Virus record (IMG/VR): IMGVR_UViG_3300026263_000200
Reading direction: 5' to 3' (one strand)
Length of the DNA stretch: 64,000 nucleotides
Origin: a virus
Part shown: piece after piece, positions 21,140 to 30,571 of the stretch
How positions within the stretch are numbered: the first letter of the stretch is position 1
How the letters are laid out: every line of letters begins with the position of its first letter
Notes under the pieces: model-generated
Seen by the model: the letters and a program-made list of their open reading frames with translations, nothing else
What the model was told of the DNA's origin: nothing
The model's database searches: none
Made by a program: the position numbers and the translations under genes

Positions 21140-22271
21140 AACTGATACAATGAATGCTTTAGAAGCATTTGGTGTAGAAACAACAGGTGATGAACTTATT
21201 ACAAGTAAGGGCAATCTAAAAGGTGTTGTTCAAGATGAAGAGGAATTAAACTCTAATATTGATATGATATATGAGTATTGGAAGAAGAGAGGATTTCCTT
21301 ATTATGCTACAGATAAACAGTATAGAGAAGCACAGTTTAAAACATTACAATCTACAGATTTCAAAGGATTATTAACGCAAGATAAAGTTATAAAACCGAA
21401 TCAGACAGGTCTATCTTTAGCTTGGTCGTATATGCCACATAGTTTTGGTATACGTTGTGGTAAAATGAGAACTCCTATGGAGATATATGAAAATGAAGAA
21501 CACTTTAAAAAAGGTATTAAAAAATTATTAACAGGCAGTTTCTTTGGTAAACAATCAGTAGATACTTTAATGCCTATTGCAAGTAATTTAGATGGAGAAA
21601 TAACTGAAATATCTCCTGAATCAAAACACAAATCAGAAAGTGTTATGAGGTCTTTATTAAGAAGATATACAGGAACTCAATGTGTATCTAATTTTAGACC
21701 TACAGCAGCGGCGTGTTTATATTCACACTTTGCCCACCCAGGTGCTATGGTATGGGATATGTCAATGGGATATGGTGGTCGTATATTAGGTGCAATTATA
21801 TCAGATATTAACTATGTAGGTACTGATCCAGCTGAATTAACATTTAAAGGTTTAACTGAAATTAAGAAAGATTTTGGTAGAGAGAATAGACATTACTTTT
21901 TAAACAAGTGTGGTAGTGAAGTATTTGAACCTAAAGAAAATACATTAGATTTTGCATTTACAAGTCCACCTTATTTCAATTGGGAACAATATGGTGAAGA
22001 AGAAGGACAATCATTTAATCAATATAGTGGTAATGAAGAGTGGAACAATGGCTTTTTAAGAAAGACTATACAAAATGCATATAAAGGATTAAAGAAAGAT
22101 AAGTATATGGGTTTAAATGTAGCAAACATTAAATCACATAAGACTTTTGAAGATGATACAGTACGAATCGCTGTAGAAGAAGGATTTACACACACGGATA
22201 CTTACAAATTACAGTTATCCTCGCAAGAATCTGGTGCAAAATATGAGCCAGTTTTCATATTTCAGAAATAG
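21120..22271 (+). CDS. DNA amino-methyltransferase (SPPY type)
   Basis: SNFRPTAA, WDMSMGYGGR (SAM binding), FTSPPYF (catalytic). Confidence 0.8.
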   Translation: MKKLTNKTDTMNALEAFGVETTGDELITSKGNLKGVVQDEEELNSNIDMIYEYWKKRGFPYYATDKQYREAQFKTLQSTDFKGLLTQDKVIKPNQTGLSLAWSYMPHSFGIRCGKMRTPMEIYENEEHFKKGIKKLLTGSFFGKQSVDTLMPIASNLDGEITEISPESKHKSESVMRSLLRRYTGTQCVSNFRPTAAACLYSHFAHPGAMVWDMSMGYGGRILGAIISDINYVGTDPAELTFKGLTEIKKDFGRENRHYFLNKCGSEVFEPKENTLDFAFTSPPYFNWEQYGEEEGQSFNQYSGNEEWNNGFLRKTIQNAYKGLKKDKYMGLNVANIKSHKTFEDDTVRIAVEEGFTHTDTYKLQLSSQESGAKYEPVFIFQK

Positions 22272-22311
22272 GATCGTCTGGAAGCCGCATAAAATAAGGG
22301 AAAATTAACTA

Positions 22312-22340
22312 TTGACTTTCCCGATTTTTTCCTGTATGAT
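22312..22340 (+). promoter_or_regulatory. Early promoter TTGACT-N17-TATGAT
   Basis: Near-consensus; shares extended context with the 24713 promoter. Confidence 0.75.
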
Positions 22341-22351
22341 ATACACATACT

Positions 22352-24673
22352 ATGAAAAAAAGCACTACAATAAATTTAGATACTAAAAGTCAGTTAGCTA
22401 AATTAATTGCAACAGAAAATATAATCATACAACACAACAACGTTTCAACAGCAAGTTTTAATACAAAGACTCGTGTATTAACTCTTCCTATATTTAAAGA
22501 ATCACACGGTGATGTTTATGATATGTTGATTGCTCACGAATGTGCTCACGCATTATTTACTCCACAAGACGGATGGAAAAAAATTCAAGATGATGATGAG
22601 TTAAGAACTTACGTTAATGTATTAGAAGATACTAGAATAGACAAAAAAATTCAAAAGAAATACCCAGGAGTTGTTAGAAACTATATCAACGGTTTTGATA
22701 TATTAGAAAAACAAAACTTCTTCGGTATGAATAACAAAGATTTAAATAAAGAACTTATGTTAATTGATAAGATTAATTTAAGAAGTAAATCAAGTAACAG
22801 AATACCATTTATATTTACTCCCGATAACGACAATTGGTTAGCAAAAGTTGACGCCATCAAAACTTTTGCTGACGTTGTTAGAGTTGCTAAAGATATGTTA
22901 AATTGGCAGAAAAAACAAGTTGAACAAATGAAGAAATTGCCAGACTTTGATAACCACCCATTAATACAGAATTACGATTTATCAGATGAAGACGGAACTG
23001 ATCCAGAAGATACAAAAGAATTAGACCAAAAAACTAATAGTGCTGATAATCCAGATGAACAAGATGAAAAAAATGATAAAAGAGATTCAGAAGATAAAGG
23101 AACAGACAAAGATTTAAAAGATAAAGAAGAAGAAGATAAAAAAGAAAAAGATAAAACAGCAACACAACACGCCAAAGGTGCTGACGGAGAACCTGCTCAG
23201 AAAAAACTTAAAGCAATTACAAATGATTTCTTTGAAGAAAAAAAAGAACAGTTGTTAGATAAAAAAACTTCTTATGTATATGGAACATTACCTACTCCAA
23301 ATTATAATCAAGTTTTAGTATCATATAAAGAATTTATAAACGATTTCAGAAAACATATTAATGTTGAAATGGGAAAATATCCAGATGAAACATTAAAATA
23401 TAAAAGATGGTTGTTAGATAAGTTTAAAAAATTTAGAACTGAAAACAAGAAAACAGTTATGTATCTTGTTAAAGAATTTGAAATGAAAAAAGCTGCTAGT
23501 GCTTACAAAAGAGCTAGTACTGATAAAACAGGAATTATTGATCCTTTAAAATTAAAAAATTACAAATTTAGTGAAGATATATTTAAAAGAATATCTATTG
23601 TACCTGACGGTAAGAACCACGGTATGATTATGTTATTAGATTGGTCAGGTAGTATGAGTGATTGTATTGCTGATACTGTTAATCAATTAATTAACCTAGT
23701 TGAATTTACTAGAAAAGTTAATATACCATTTGAAGTATATTTTTTCACTAGTGAAAGAGATTATAATGAAAGAGATAAAGAATATTGGAAATACAAATAC
23801 GGTGACTTTGCTTTTGATGAATTTAAATTAGTAAATTGTGTTAGTCATAGAATGAAAAAAAATGAATTTGAAGAATCATTATTATATCTATATCATATGG
23901 CAAAAGATTATGACCAACGTTGGGGAAGAAGAGACTCAATGGATTATCCAGAAGGACATAATTATAATATACCAGAAAAATACTATTTAGGAAATACTCC
24001 TTTAAATGAAGCATTAGTAGTATGTCATAAGTTAATACCAGAATTTCAAAAGAAATATAGTATTGAAAAACTTACTTTTATTACTTTAACTGACGGAGGT
24101 GCCAATAGTTTCAGACACAATCAGATACAACCTTTACCAGATAAACCTACTAGAGCTATTGATGAGTATGATATTAAAGACGCAAAAGCAAAAGGAAGAA
24201 ATTATACTAAAAAGAATATTCCTTTTGAATCTAAAGTAGTTATTAATCATAAGAATAAAAAGATAGTTTTAACAGACGGTTGGTACGGTACTGCTATGAC
24301 CGATACATTATTAGATATGATTAAACAAGATTACGATCCTACAATAATCGGTTTCTACATTGTTAAAAGAATTAGACGTTGGGATTTAGATAGATTTATC
24401 GGTTCATATATTGATTATGAAGACAAAGAAAAAAAGAGATTAAAAATACAAAAAGAATTTAGAACTGAAAACGCTGCTGTAGTAAAACAACAAAGTTATG
24501 ACAAGTATTTCTTATTGAACGGTAAGAAAATGCGTATTGAGAACTTTAATCTACAAGACGCAACAGTTAAAAAAGGAACTGCTGCTGAATTAAAAAGCAT
24601 CTTCGGTAAGAGTATGAAGAATCGACTAGTTTCCAGAGTAGTTTTAAACAAATTTATAGCCGAGGTGGCATAA
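22352..24673 (+). CDS. CobT-like VWA protein with N-terminal HExxH metallopeptidase-like domain
   Basis: AHECAH, acidic linker, MIDAS motif DWSGSM, GNTPL, LTDG; partner of the adjacent AAA ATPase. Confidence 0.8.
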   Translation: MKKSTTINLDTKSQLAKLIATENIIIQHNNVSTASFNTKTRVLTLPIFKESHGDVYDMLIAHECAHALFTPQDGWKKIQDDDELRTYVNVLEDTRIDKKIQKKYPGVVRNYINGFDILEKQNFFGMNNKDLNKELMLIDKINLRSKSSNRIPFIFTPDNDNWLAKVDAIKTFADVVRVAKDMLNWQKKQVEQMKKLPDFDNHPLIQNYDLSDEDGTDPEDTKELDQKTNSADNPDEQDEKNDKRDSEDKGTDKDLKDKEEEDKKEKDKTATQHAKGADGEPAQKKLKAITNDFFEEKKEQLLDKKTSYVYGTLPTPNYNQVLVSYKEFINDFRKHINVEMGKYPDETLKYKRWLLDKFKKFRTENKKTVMYLVKEFEMKKAASAYKRASTDKTGIIDPLKLKNYKFSEDIFKRISIVPDGKNHGMIMLLDWSGSMSDCIADTVNQLINLVEFTRKVNIPFEVYFFTSERDYNERDKEYWKYKYGDFAFDEFKLVNCVSHRMKKNEFEESLLYLYHMAKDYDQRWGRRDSMDYPEGHNYNIPEKYYLGNTPLNEALVVCHKLIPEFQKKYSIEKLTFITLTDGGANSFRHNQIQPLPDKPTRAIDEYDIKDAKAKGRNYTKKNIPFESKVVINHKNKKIVLTDGWYGTAMTDTLLDMIKQDYDPTIIGFYIVKRIRRWDLDRFIGSYIDYEDKEKKRLKIQKEFRTENAAVVKQQSYDKYFLLNGKKMRIENFNLQDATVKKGTAAELKSIFGKSMKNRLVSRVVLNKFIAEVA

Positions 24674-24712
24674 ACAATGAAAAAAACATTGAAAAATAAG
24701 GGTATTATTTAC

Positions 24713-24741
24713 TTGACTTTTCTAAAAAATTCCTGTATAAT
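24713..24741 (+). promoter_or_regulatory. Early promoter TTGACT-N17-TATAAT
   Basis: Consensus hexamers with upstream TG. Confidence 0.8.
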
Positions 24742-24758
24742 ATATCTATAAACACAAT

Positions 24759-26006
24759 ATGAAAGGACGAAAAAACACTATGTTAAATCAGAAACAAATA
24801 GACTTTGTTAAACACGCTAAGAAGTTGTTTCCAAACAAAGTTGAGTTAACACTTGCTGATTTAGTACTTGCCAATAAAGAATTTGGACATAAGTACGAAC
24901 CGCAATGGTTAACAAAAGATAAGACTCTAAAAGTTGATAGGGGATTATTTAAATTACCAAACATAGATGATACCGTTTCAGAAGAAACAAAAGTTTCTAA
25001 AACTGAAACTGTTAAAGATGAAAAAGTAAGTGAAGCAGCTTATATTGTTTCTTCTTTGACTGGCGACATTGTTCCTAAAAAAGACAAAGTTTTCGTATCA
25101 TTTGGTAATTATCCAGACGTAAAATCAATCGTCAAATCCAGAATGTTTTATCCTGTTTTTATTACAGGACTTTCGGGAAACGGTAAGACTATGGGAGTTA
25201 CCCAAGCTTGTGCCGAAAACAGACGAGAAATGATTAGAGTCAATATAACAATTGAAACAGACGAAGATGACTTGCTCGGCGGTTACAGACTTAAAGACGG
25301 TCAAACTGTTTGGCAAAACGGACCTGTTATAGAAGCAATGGAGAGAGGTGCTATTCTATTACTTGATGAGATTGACCTTGCAAGTAATAAGATTATGTGT
25401 CTTCAACCTATTCTTGAAGGTTCAGGAATCTTTGTTAAAAAGATTAATAAATTTGTGAAACCTGCCGACGGATTCAACGTTGTTGCTACTGCCAATACTA
25501 AAGGACAAGGTAGTGAAGACGGAAAATTTATCGGAACTAATGTGCTTAACGAAGCATTTTTAGAAAGATTTCCAATTACATTTGAACAGAAATATCCAAG
25601 TGTTAAGATTGAAGAAAAAATCTTGATTAAGACTCTTGAAAAAAGTGGCAAAAAAGACGCCGCCTTTTGTAAGAAGTTAGTCACTTGGGCAGACGTTATA
25701 AGAAAAACTTTCTTTGACGGAGGCGTAGATGAGATTATCTCCACAAGAAGATTAGTCCACATTGTTCAAGCATTTACTATCTTTAAAGATAAGATAAAAG
25801 CTATTGAAGTATGTACTAATAGATTTGATGAAGATACAAAAAATTCTTTTGTTGAGTTATATACTAAAGTTGACGGAGGTGCTACAGCAGATTCAATTGC
25901 TGAAGACCAAAGAAAAGCTGAAGTAGCTGCTCAAGTAAAAGAAGACAAAGAGAGTGAGTCAGAAGACGCTGATGAATCAGATAATGATACTTCAGCTCAT
26001 ATCTAA
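24759..26006 (+). CDS. cobS: CobS-like MoxR AAA+ ATPase
   Basis: GLSGNGKT, LLLDEID, TANTKGQGS, NEAFLERF, ISTRRL. Confidence 0.9.
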   Translation: MKGRKNTMLNQKQIDFVKHAKKLFPNKVELTLADLVLANKEFGHKYEPQWLTKDKTLKVDRGLFKLPNIDDTVSEETKVSKTETVKDEKVSEAAYIVSSLTGDIVPKKDKVFVSFGNYPDVKSIVKSRMFYPVFITGLSGNGKTMGVTQACAENRREMIRVNITIETDEDDLLGGYRLKDGQTVWQNGPVIEAMERGAILLLDEIDLASNKIMCLQPILEGSGIFVKKINKFVKPADGFNVVATANTKGQGSEDGKFIGTNVLNEAFLERFPITFEQKYPSVKIEEKILIKTLEKSGKKDAAFCKKLVTWADVIRKTFFDGGVDEIISTRRLVHIVQAFTIFKDKIKAIEVCTNRFDEDTKNSFVELYTKVDGGATADSIAEDQRKAEVAAQVKEDKESESEDADESDNDTSAHI

Positions 26007-26031
26007 AACCTCTCAATCATAGTGTAAGTCC

Positions 26032-26057
26032 TGAAGCGGAGGTAGTGCTCCGCTTCA
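26032..26057 (+). other. Perfect 10-bp stem-loop with no U-tract
   Basis: TGAAGCGGAG-gtagtg-CTCCGCTTCA. Confidence 0.7.
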
Positions 26058-26077
26058 CTAAAACACTAGAAAGAATT

Positions 26078-26785
26078 ATGAATATGAATAGAAGTTTAGA
26101 AGCAATTAAAAATTCAAATATGTCAAAAGAACAAAAGGCAAAAGCCATTATGGGACATTTTGGTGAAGAAGTTGGTAAAAAAGTATTAGAAAGAATATAT
26201 AATGATAGAACATATAATATATTAAAAAATTGGTTTGCTTCAATTGATATGACATATAAATTAGATGATAAAATAATTACAGTTGATATGAAATACCAAA
26301 CGCTTTGGCAAAAAGCCAATGCTATTTCATTAAAATGGTCACAATATTGGGCAAAATTTTATAAGAAAAAACTTCCTAGTGAGTATATCTTTATAACTGC
26401 TCCATTTTATAATGATAATGGAGAACCTGAATATCACAAACATATGTATAAATTATGGATTATGATGTCAGATGATATGACAATGTATCGTAATAAATTA
26501 AAAACAAAAGAGGAACCAAACAATCCAAAATCTAAAAGATTTACTATTCCATTACCAAGTGATACTATTGATAATTTTAAACCTTATTTTGATAGTACTT
26601 ATATTAGAAATTCGGAAGGTTATCTTAATCCTAGATTATTAATAAATGAAATTGCAACATTAAATGAAGAAGAAATTAAAAAGTTAAAAGAAATCCAATT
26701 TGTATTACACGATTTAGGAATAAGAAATTGTGTTACTGCTTATGGAAAAAATAAAAACGGATTTTATAAAAAGGAGGCAAGTTAA
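26078..26785 (+). CDS. Hypothetical protein, possible PD-(D/E)XK nuclease
   Basis: SIDM...TVDMKYQ motif; ATG 26078 preferred over the listed GTG start, which lies inside the hairpin. Confidence 0.5.
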   Translation: MNMNRSLEAIKNSNMSKEQKAKAIMGHFGEEVGKKVLERIYNDRTYNILKNWFASIDMTYKLDDKIITVDMKYQTLWQKANAISLKWSQYWAKFYKKKLPSEYIFITAPFYNDNGEPEYHKHMYKLWIMMSDDMTMYRNKLKTKEEPNNPKSKRFTIPLPSDTIDNFKPYFDSTYIRNSEGYLNPRLLINEIATLNEEEIKKLKEIQFVLHDLGIRNCVTAYGKNKNGFYKKEAS

Positions 26786-26944
26786 ATGAGTGATTTTTAT
26801 GGAGAATATATGAAGAAACAAAGTAAGAGAAATAAATTAGAAAGATTTTTAGATAGATATAACCATACAATGGAGTTAATTAGAACTATACTTCCAATTA
26901 TATTGTTAGTTATGCAATTAATAATTTTATGGAAGATTTTTTAG
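26786..26944 (+). CDS. Small membrane protein (52 aa)
   Basis: AGGAGG RBS; C-terminal hydrophobic LIRTILPIILLVMQLIILW; read manually. Confidence 0.6.
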   Translation: MSDFYGEYMKKQSKRNKLERFLDRYNHTMELIRTILPIILLVMQLIILWKIF

Positions 26945-27066
26945 AACACGCAAAAAAGGAACAAGAAGAATTAGATGAATCTATGAAAGAATCATTTAGA
27001 CAGCGTGATGAACGTAAGAAAAAAGAATTAGAAGAAAAGAAAGGAAAGGAGGATAAAATTGAGTAG
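26929..27066 (+). CDS. Small charged protein (45 aa)
   Basis: MEDFLEHAKKEQEELDESMKESFRQRDERKKK; overlaps both neighbours; read manually. Confidence 0.45.
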   Translation: MEDFLEHAKKEQEELDESMKESFRQRDERKKKELEEKKGKEDKIE

Positions 27067-27268
27067 AGGTATTACAGTTGAAGTAAGACACGGTAATGTA
27101 GAGAAAGCTATGAGAGTGCTTAAGAAAAAATTACTTAAAGCAGGTACGTTAAGAGAGTATAGAGAAAAGCAATACTACAGAAAACCATCTGAAATTAAAA
27201 GAGAAAAGAAAAAAGAAGGTATAAAGAATTACAAAAAGCAACAGAAATTAAGAGAATCAAGATTATAG
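27059..27268 (+). CDS. rpsU: Ribosomal protein bS21
   Basis: VEVRHGNVEKAMRVLKKK...YYRKPSEIKR; TTG start with GGAGG RBS. Confidence 0.9.
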   Translation: MSRGITVEVRHGNVEKAMRVLKKKLLKAGTLREYREKQYYRKPSEIKREKKKEGIKNYKKQQKLRESRL

Positions 27269-27270
27269 AA

Positions 27271-27548
27271 TTTCCAACGCCTGTGCTTTGATAACATAAA
27301 TATATTATACCAGGCAATTCATAAGTCCTGGGGCGTGGAAAGGTGCCAGTCCTACATATTTTAAATATGAAAACTGGTAGTAGTTTGAGGTCTACTATAA
27401 CAAAACCTCAATGAATTTAGTTATTCAGGAGCGGTAGCCTTAACCTGATGTGTTTGTTTAGCAGTTGCGCTTCGTTCAACACCCCAAAAAGAACTAAAGT
27501 AGCAGACTATTTTTGGTAGTTTTGAAGTCTATAACTCAAAAAACTACC
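27271..27548 (+). ncRNA. Candidate structured non-coding RNA (family unknown)
   Basis: Gap with no ORF of 60 aa or more, containing at least five consecutive inverted repeats. Confidence 0.4.
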
Positions 27549-27555
27549 TTAACTA

Positions 27556-27583
27556 CTTGTAATTTGGAAAATAGTACATATAT
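27556..27583 (+). promoter_or_regulatory. Putative RpoH (sigma32)-type promoter CTTG-N17-CATATAT upstream of hsp20
   Basis: Resembles the alphaproteobacterial RpoH consensus; overlaps the late-like TATAAGTA. Confidence 0.5.
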
Positions 27584-27652
27584 AAGTAGTAGTGAGTTGC
27601 CATTAAGGGACTCATATAATTAAAATAACTTTGCTTAATAAAGGAGGTTTAT

Positions 27653-28102
27653 ATGACCAATAAAGCATTATCTATTTTTAATCAATTAAGACCAGTATCA
27701 ATAGGATTTGATAATATCTTTGACCATTTTGAAAGAATGTTTGAAGATGATTTTTCATTACCTACGATACCAAATTATCCGCCATACAATATCGTTAAAA
27801 CAGGCAAGAACAAGTACGATATTGAAGTAGCTCTTGCTGGATATTCTAAAAAGGATATTCAAGTGAACTATGAGGACGGTCTTTTGACTATCAAATCTGC
27901 TAAAACAGAAAAAGACGAAAGTAAAGATGACAATGGTAATATCTTACATAAAGGTATCGCTAAAAGATTCTTTTCTAAAGCTTTCACGGTTGCTGATGAT
28001 TGCGAAATCAAAGGTGCTGAATTGAAAGATGGTCTTTTGAAAGTATCTATGGAGAAGATTATTCCAGAGAGCAGAAAAGCAAAAACAATAGACGTTAAGT
28101 AA
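27653..28102 (+). CDS. hsp20: Small heat shock protein (Hsp20/IbpA family)
   Basis: YPPYNI, IEVALAGY, LHKGIAKR, AELKDGLL; AGGAGG RBS. Confidence 0.95.
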   Translation: MTNKALSIFNQLRPVSIGFDNIFDHFERMFEDDFSLPTIPNYPPYNIVKTGKNKYDIEVALAGYSKKDIQVNYEDGLLTIKSAKTEKDESKDDNGNILHKGIAKRFFSKAFTVADDCEIKGAELKDGLLKVSMEKIIPESRKAKTIDVK

Positions 28103-28114
28103 TAACGTATAGAT

Positions 28115-28158
28115 AGTGGCGAGGATAGCATAAACTATTGACTCGCCACTTATAAATA
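28115..28158 (+). promoter_or_regulatory. Hairpin immediately followed by late promoter TATAAATA
   Basis: AGTGGCGAG...CTCGCCACT stem, then TATAAATA at 28151-28158. Confidence 0.65.
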
Positions 28159-28163
28159 AGTAT

Positions 28164-28358
28164 ATGAATAAAATATTAATAATCTTAATGAGTTTGATTC
28201 TTGTTAGTTGCTCAGTAGCAAATCCTAAACTATCATTTGGTAAGAAATGCGTGGATAAAGGTGACCAGGTTCACTATTCCTACGTATGGATATATGATAA
28301 AAACGCAGGGTTAGTAGCTGATGAAATTACTTGCGAGTTGATAGACAACCAGGATTGA
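28164..28358 (+). CDS. Small lipoprotein
   Basis: Signal peptide with lipobox LVSC. Confidence 0.7.
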   Translation: MNKILIILMSLILVSCSVANPKLSFGKKCVDKGDQVHYSYVWIYDKNAGLVADEITCELIDNQD

Positions 28359-28383
28359 CATTAGCTAGGGTTGGTGATATATT
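28355..28383 (+). promoter_or_regulatory. Sigma70-like promoter TTGACA-N17-TATATT
   Basis: Hexamers at correct spacing before the peroxiredoxin. Confidence 0.6.
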
Positions 28384-28389
28384 AACTCT

Positions 28390-28893
28390 ATGAATAAAGA
28401 TATAACTAAAAGTATACCATACGTGGTATTCAAAGAGCGAGTAGCAGGCAAGTGGACTACATTTACAAGTAATGATGTATTTCAAGCAGGCAAACAAGTA
28501 GTCTTTTCTTTACCAGGTGCATTTACACCAACGTGTTCTAGCAAACAATTACCAAATTTTGAAAGACTCTATGAAGAGTTTAAATCAAAAGGTATAGATG
28601 AAGTTTATTGTATATCAGTAAATGATTCTTTTGTAATGAACGCTTGGTTTGATAGTCTTAAAGTAAATAACGTTAAGGCAATACCTGATGGAAATGGACA
28701 CTTTACTAGACGAATGGGTATGTTAATAAACAAAACTCATTTAGGATTTGGTATGAGGTCTTGGAGATATGCTATGGTAGTTGAAGATGGACAAATTATT
28801 AAATGGTTTGAAGAAGAAGGTATCAATGACCGAGGAAAAGGTGAAGACCCTTATGTTGCTACTGATCCAGAGAACATTTTAAAAAGTTTATAG
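28390..28893 (+). CDS. Peroxiredoxin (Prx5/redoxin family)
   Basis: PGAFTPTCS, SVNDSFVMNAW, RSWRYAM. Confidence 0.93.
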   Translation: MNKDITKSIPYVVFKERVAGKWTTFTSNDVFQAGKQVVFSLPGAFTPTCSSKQLPNFERLYEEFKSKGIDEVYCISVNDSFVMNAWFDSLKVNNVKAIPDGNGHFTRRMGMLINKTHLGFGMRSWRYAMVVEDGQIIKWFEEEGINDRGKGEDPYVATDPENILKSL

Positions 28894-28895
28894 CA

Positions 28896-28924
28896 TTGAC
28901 ATTTAGTTAATAAAAGTATATAAT
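28896..28924 (+). promoter_or_regulatory. Sigma70 promoter TTGACA-N17-TATAAT (g45 operon)
   Basis: Perfect consensus. Confidence 0.85.
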
Positions 28925-28946
28925 TATAAATTATGAAGGAGTTGAT

Positions 28947-29612
28947 ATGAATCTATCAAACAGTACAGTTGCAATCTTAAAGAATTTTGCTGATATTAAT
29001 AAAAATATATTAGTAAAACCTGGAAAGCAATTACAAACTATTTCTACTTTAAAGAATATTCTTGCCGAAGCAGATATAGACCAAAAATTTGAGCAAGAAT
29101 TTGCGATATATGATTTGCCAGAATTTTTAAGGGCAGTTGAATTATTTTCTAAATCAGATATCAAATTTAATGGTACTAACAAATTGGTTATTTCAGACAC
29201 CAATTCAAAACAATCAGTTAAGTATTTCTTTGCAGATAAATCAGTAATTGTTGCACCAACTAAATCAATTAATATGCCTGATAAGTATGTAACTTTTACA
29301 TTAAAGAGTAAATGTTTTGCTGATTTACAAAAAGGTATAGTTACGTTGAACTTACCAGACATTGCAGTAAAAGGTGATGGTAAAAACATTACAATGATTG
29401 CAACTGATAAGAAAAATAAATCTTCAAATGATTATTCTGCTGTAGTAGGCACAACTGATAAAGAGTTTGTAGCATATTTCAAAGCAGAAAACTTGAAAAT
29501 AATACCAGATGATTATGATATTGCGATTTCTAAACAAAGAATAAGTCATTTTGTTAATAGAAATAAACCAGTACAATATTGGATAGCATTAGAACCTGAT
29601 TCTGAATTTTAA
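28947..29612 (+). CDS. g45: Sliding clamp gp45
   Basis: LKNFADIN, FAIYDLPEFL, YWIALEPDS. Confidence 0.95.
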   Translation: MNLSNSTVAILKNFADINKNILVKPGKQLQTISTLKNILAEADIDQKFEQEFAIYDLPEFLRAVELFSKSDIKFNGTNKLVISDTNSKQSVKYFFADKSVIVAPTKSINMPDKYVTFTLKSKCFADLQKGIVTLNLPDIAVKGDGKNITMIATDKKNKSSNDYSAVVGTTDKEFVAYFKAENLKIIPDDYDIAISKQRISHFVNRNKPVQYWIALEPDSEF

Positions 29613-29626
29613 ATGATGAGTATATT

Positions 29627-30571
29627 ATGGCAGAAAATTTATGGGTTGAGAAATACCGACCTAGAACAATTGACGATTGTATTTTAACAAGTGAATTAAA
29701 AGAAACTTTTAAAGAATTTGTAAAACAAAAAGAACTTCCAAACTTATTACTATCAGGTACAGCAGGTACAGGTAAGACTACTGTAGCACGTGCTTTATGT
29801 GAAGAATTAGGTTGTGATTACATTATCATTAATGGATCAGATGAAGGTAGACAAATTGATACACTCCGAAATAAGATTAAAAATTTTGCGTCAACTGTAT
29901 CTTTAACTGAAACAGCAGGTCATAAAGTTGTTATAGTTGATGAAGCAGATTATATGAACGCTGATAGTGTTCAACCTGCATTAAGAAATTTTATAGAAAC
30001 ATTTTATAAGAATTGTAGATTTATCTTTACTTGTAATTATAAGAATAAGATATTACCAGCATTACATAGTAGATGTACCGTTATTGATTTTTCAATTACT
30101 AATGGTCAGAAAGTTAAAACAGCAACACAACTTATGAATAGGTTGTGTAATATCTTAACAGATGAAAAGATAGAGTTTGATAAAAAAGTACTTGCAGAAT
30201 TAATACAAAAACATTTTCCAGATTTCAGAAGAACTATTAATGAACTTCAAAGATATTCAGTAAGAGGTAAAATTGATAGTGGTATATTATTCAGTATAAC
30301 TGAAGCAGATACTAAACAACTTGTAGCAATTTTAAAAGAAAAAAGATTTAATGATATGAGAAAATGGGTTATTCAAAACCTAGATAAAGAACCATCATCA
30401 TTGTTTTCAACTGTATATGAAATACTATACAAGAACTTACAACCACAATCTATACCACAAGCAGTTTTAGTTATAGCTGGATATCAATATAAATCCGCTT
30501 TTGTAGCAGACCAAGAGATTAATATGGTCGCTTGTTTAACAGAAGTAATGGCAAACTGTAAGTTTAAATAA
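29627..30571 (+). CDS. g44: Clamp loader large subunit gp44
   Basis: LWVEKYRP, GTAGTGKT, VDEAD, LHSRC. Confidence 0.96.
   Translation: MAENLWVEKYRPRTIDDCILTSELKETFKEFVKQKELPNLLLSGTAGTGKTTVARALCEELGCDYIIINGSDEGRQIDTLRNKIKNFASTVSLTETAGHKVVIVDEADYMNADSVQPALRNFIETFYKNCRFIFTCNYKNKILPALHSRCTVIDFSITNGQKVKTATQLMNRLCNILTDEKIEFDKKVLAELIQKHFPDFRRTINELQRYSVRGKIDSGILFSITEADTKQLVAILKEKRFNDMRKWVIQNLDKEPSSLFSTVYEILYKNLQPQSIPQAVLVIAGYQYKSAFVADQEINMVACLTEVMANCKFK

Noticed and set aside
22352-26006. Cobalamin biosynthesis role for the CobS/CobT-like pair
   Set aside because: No cobN or other cob genes; a MoxR-AAA/VWA chaperone pair explains the motifs
26032-26057. Intrinsic terminator after cobS
   Set aside because: Strong stem but no convincing U-tract directly after it; kept only as an unexplained hairpin
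27271-27650. tRNA, tmRNA, RNase P or CRISPR array in the rpsU-hsp20 gap
   Set aside because: No T-loop/CCA cloverleaf, no recognisable conserved cores, and no regularly spaced identical repeats
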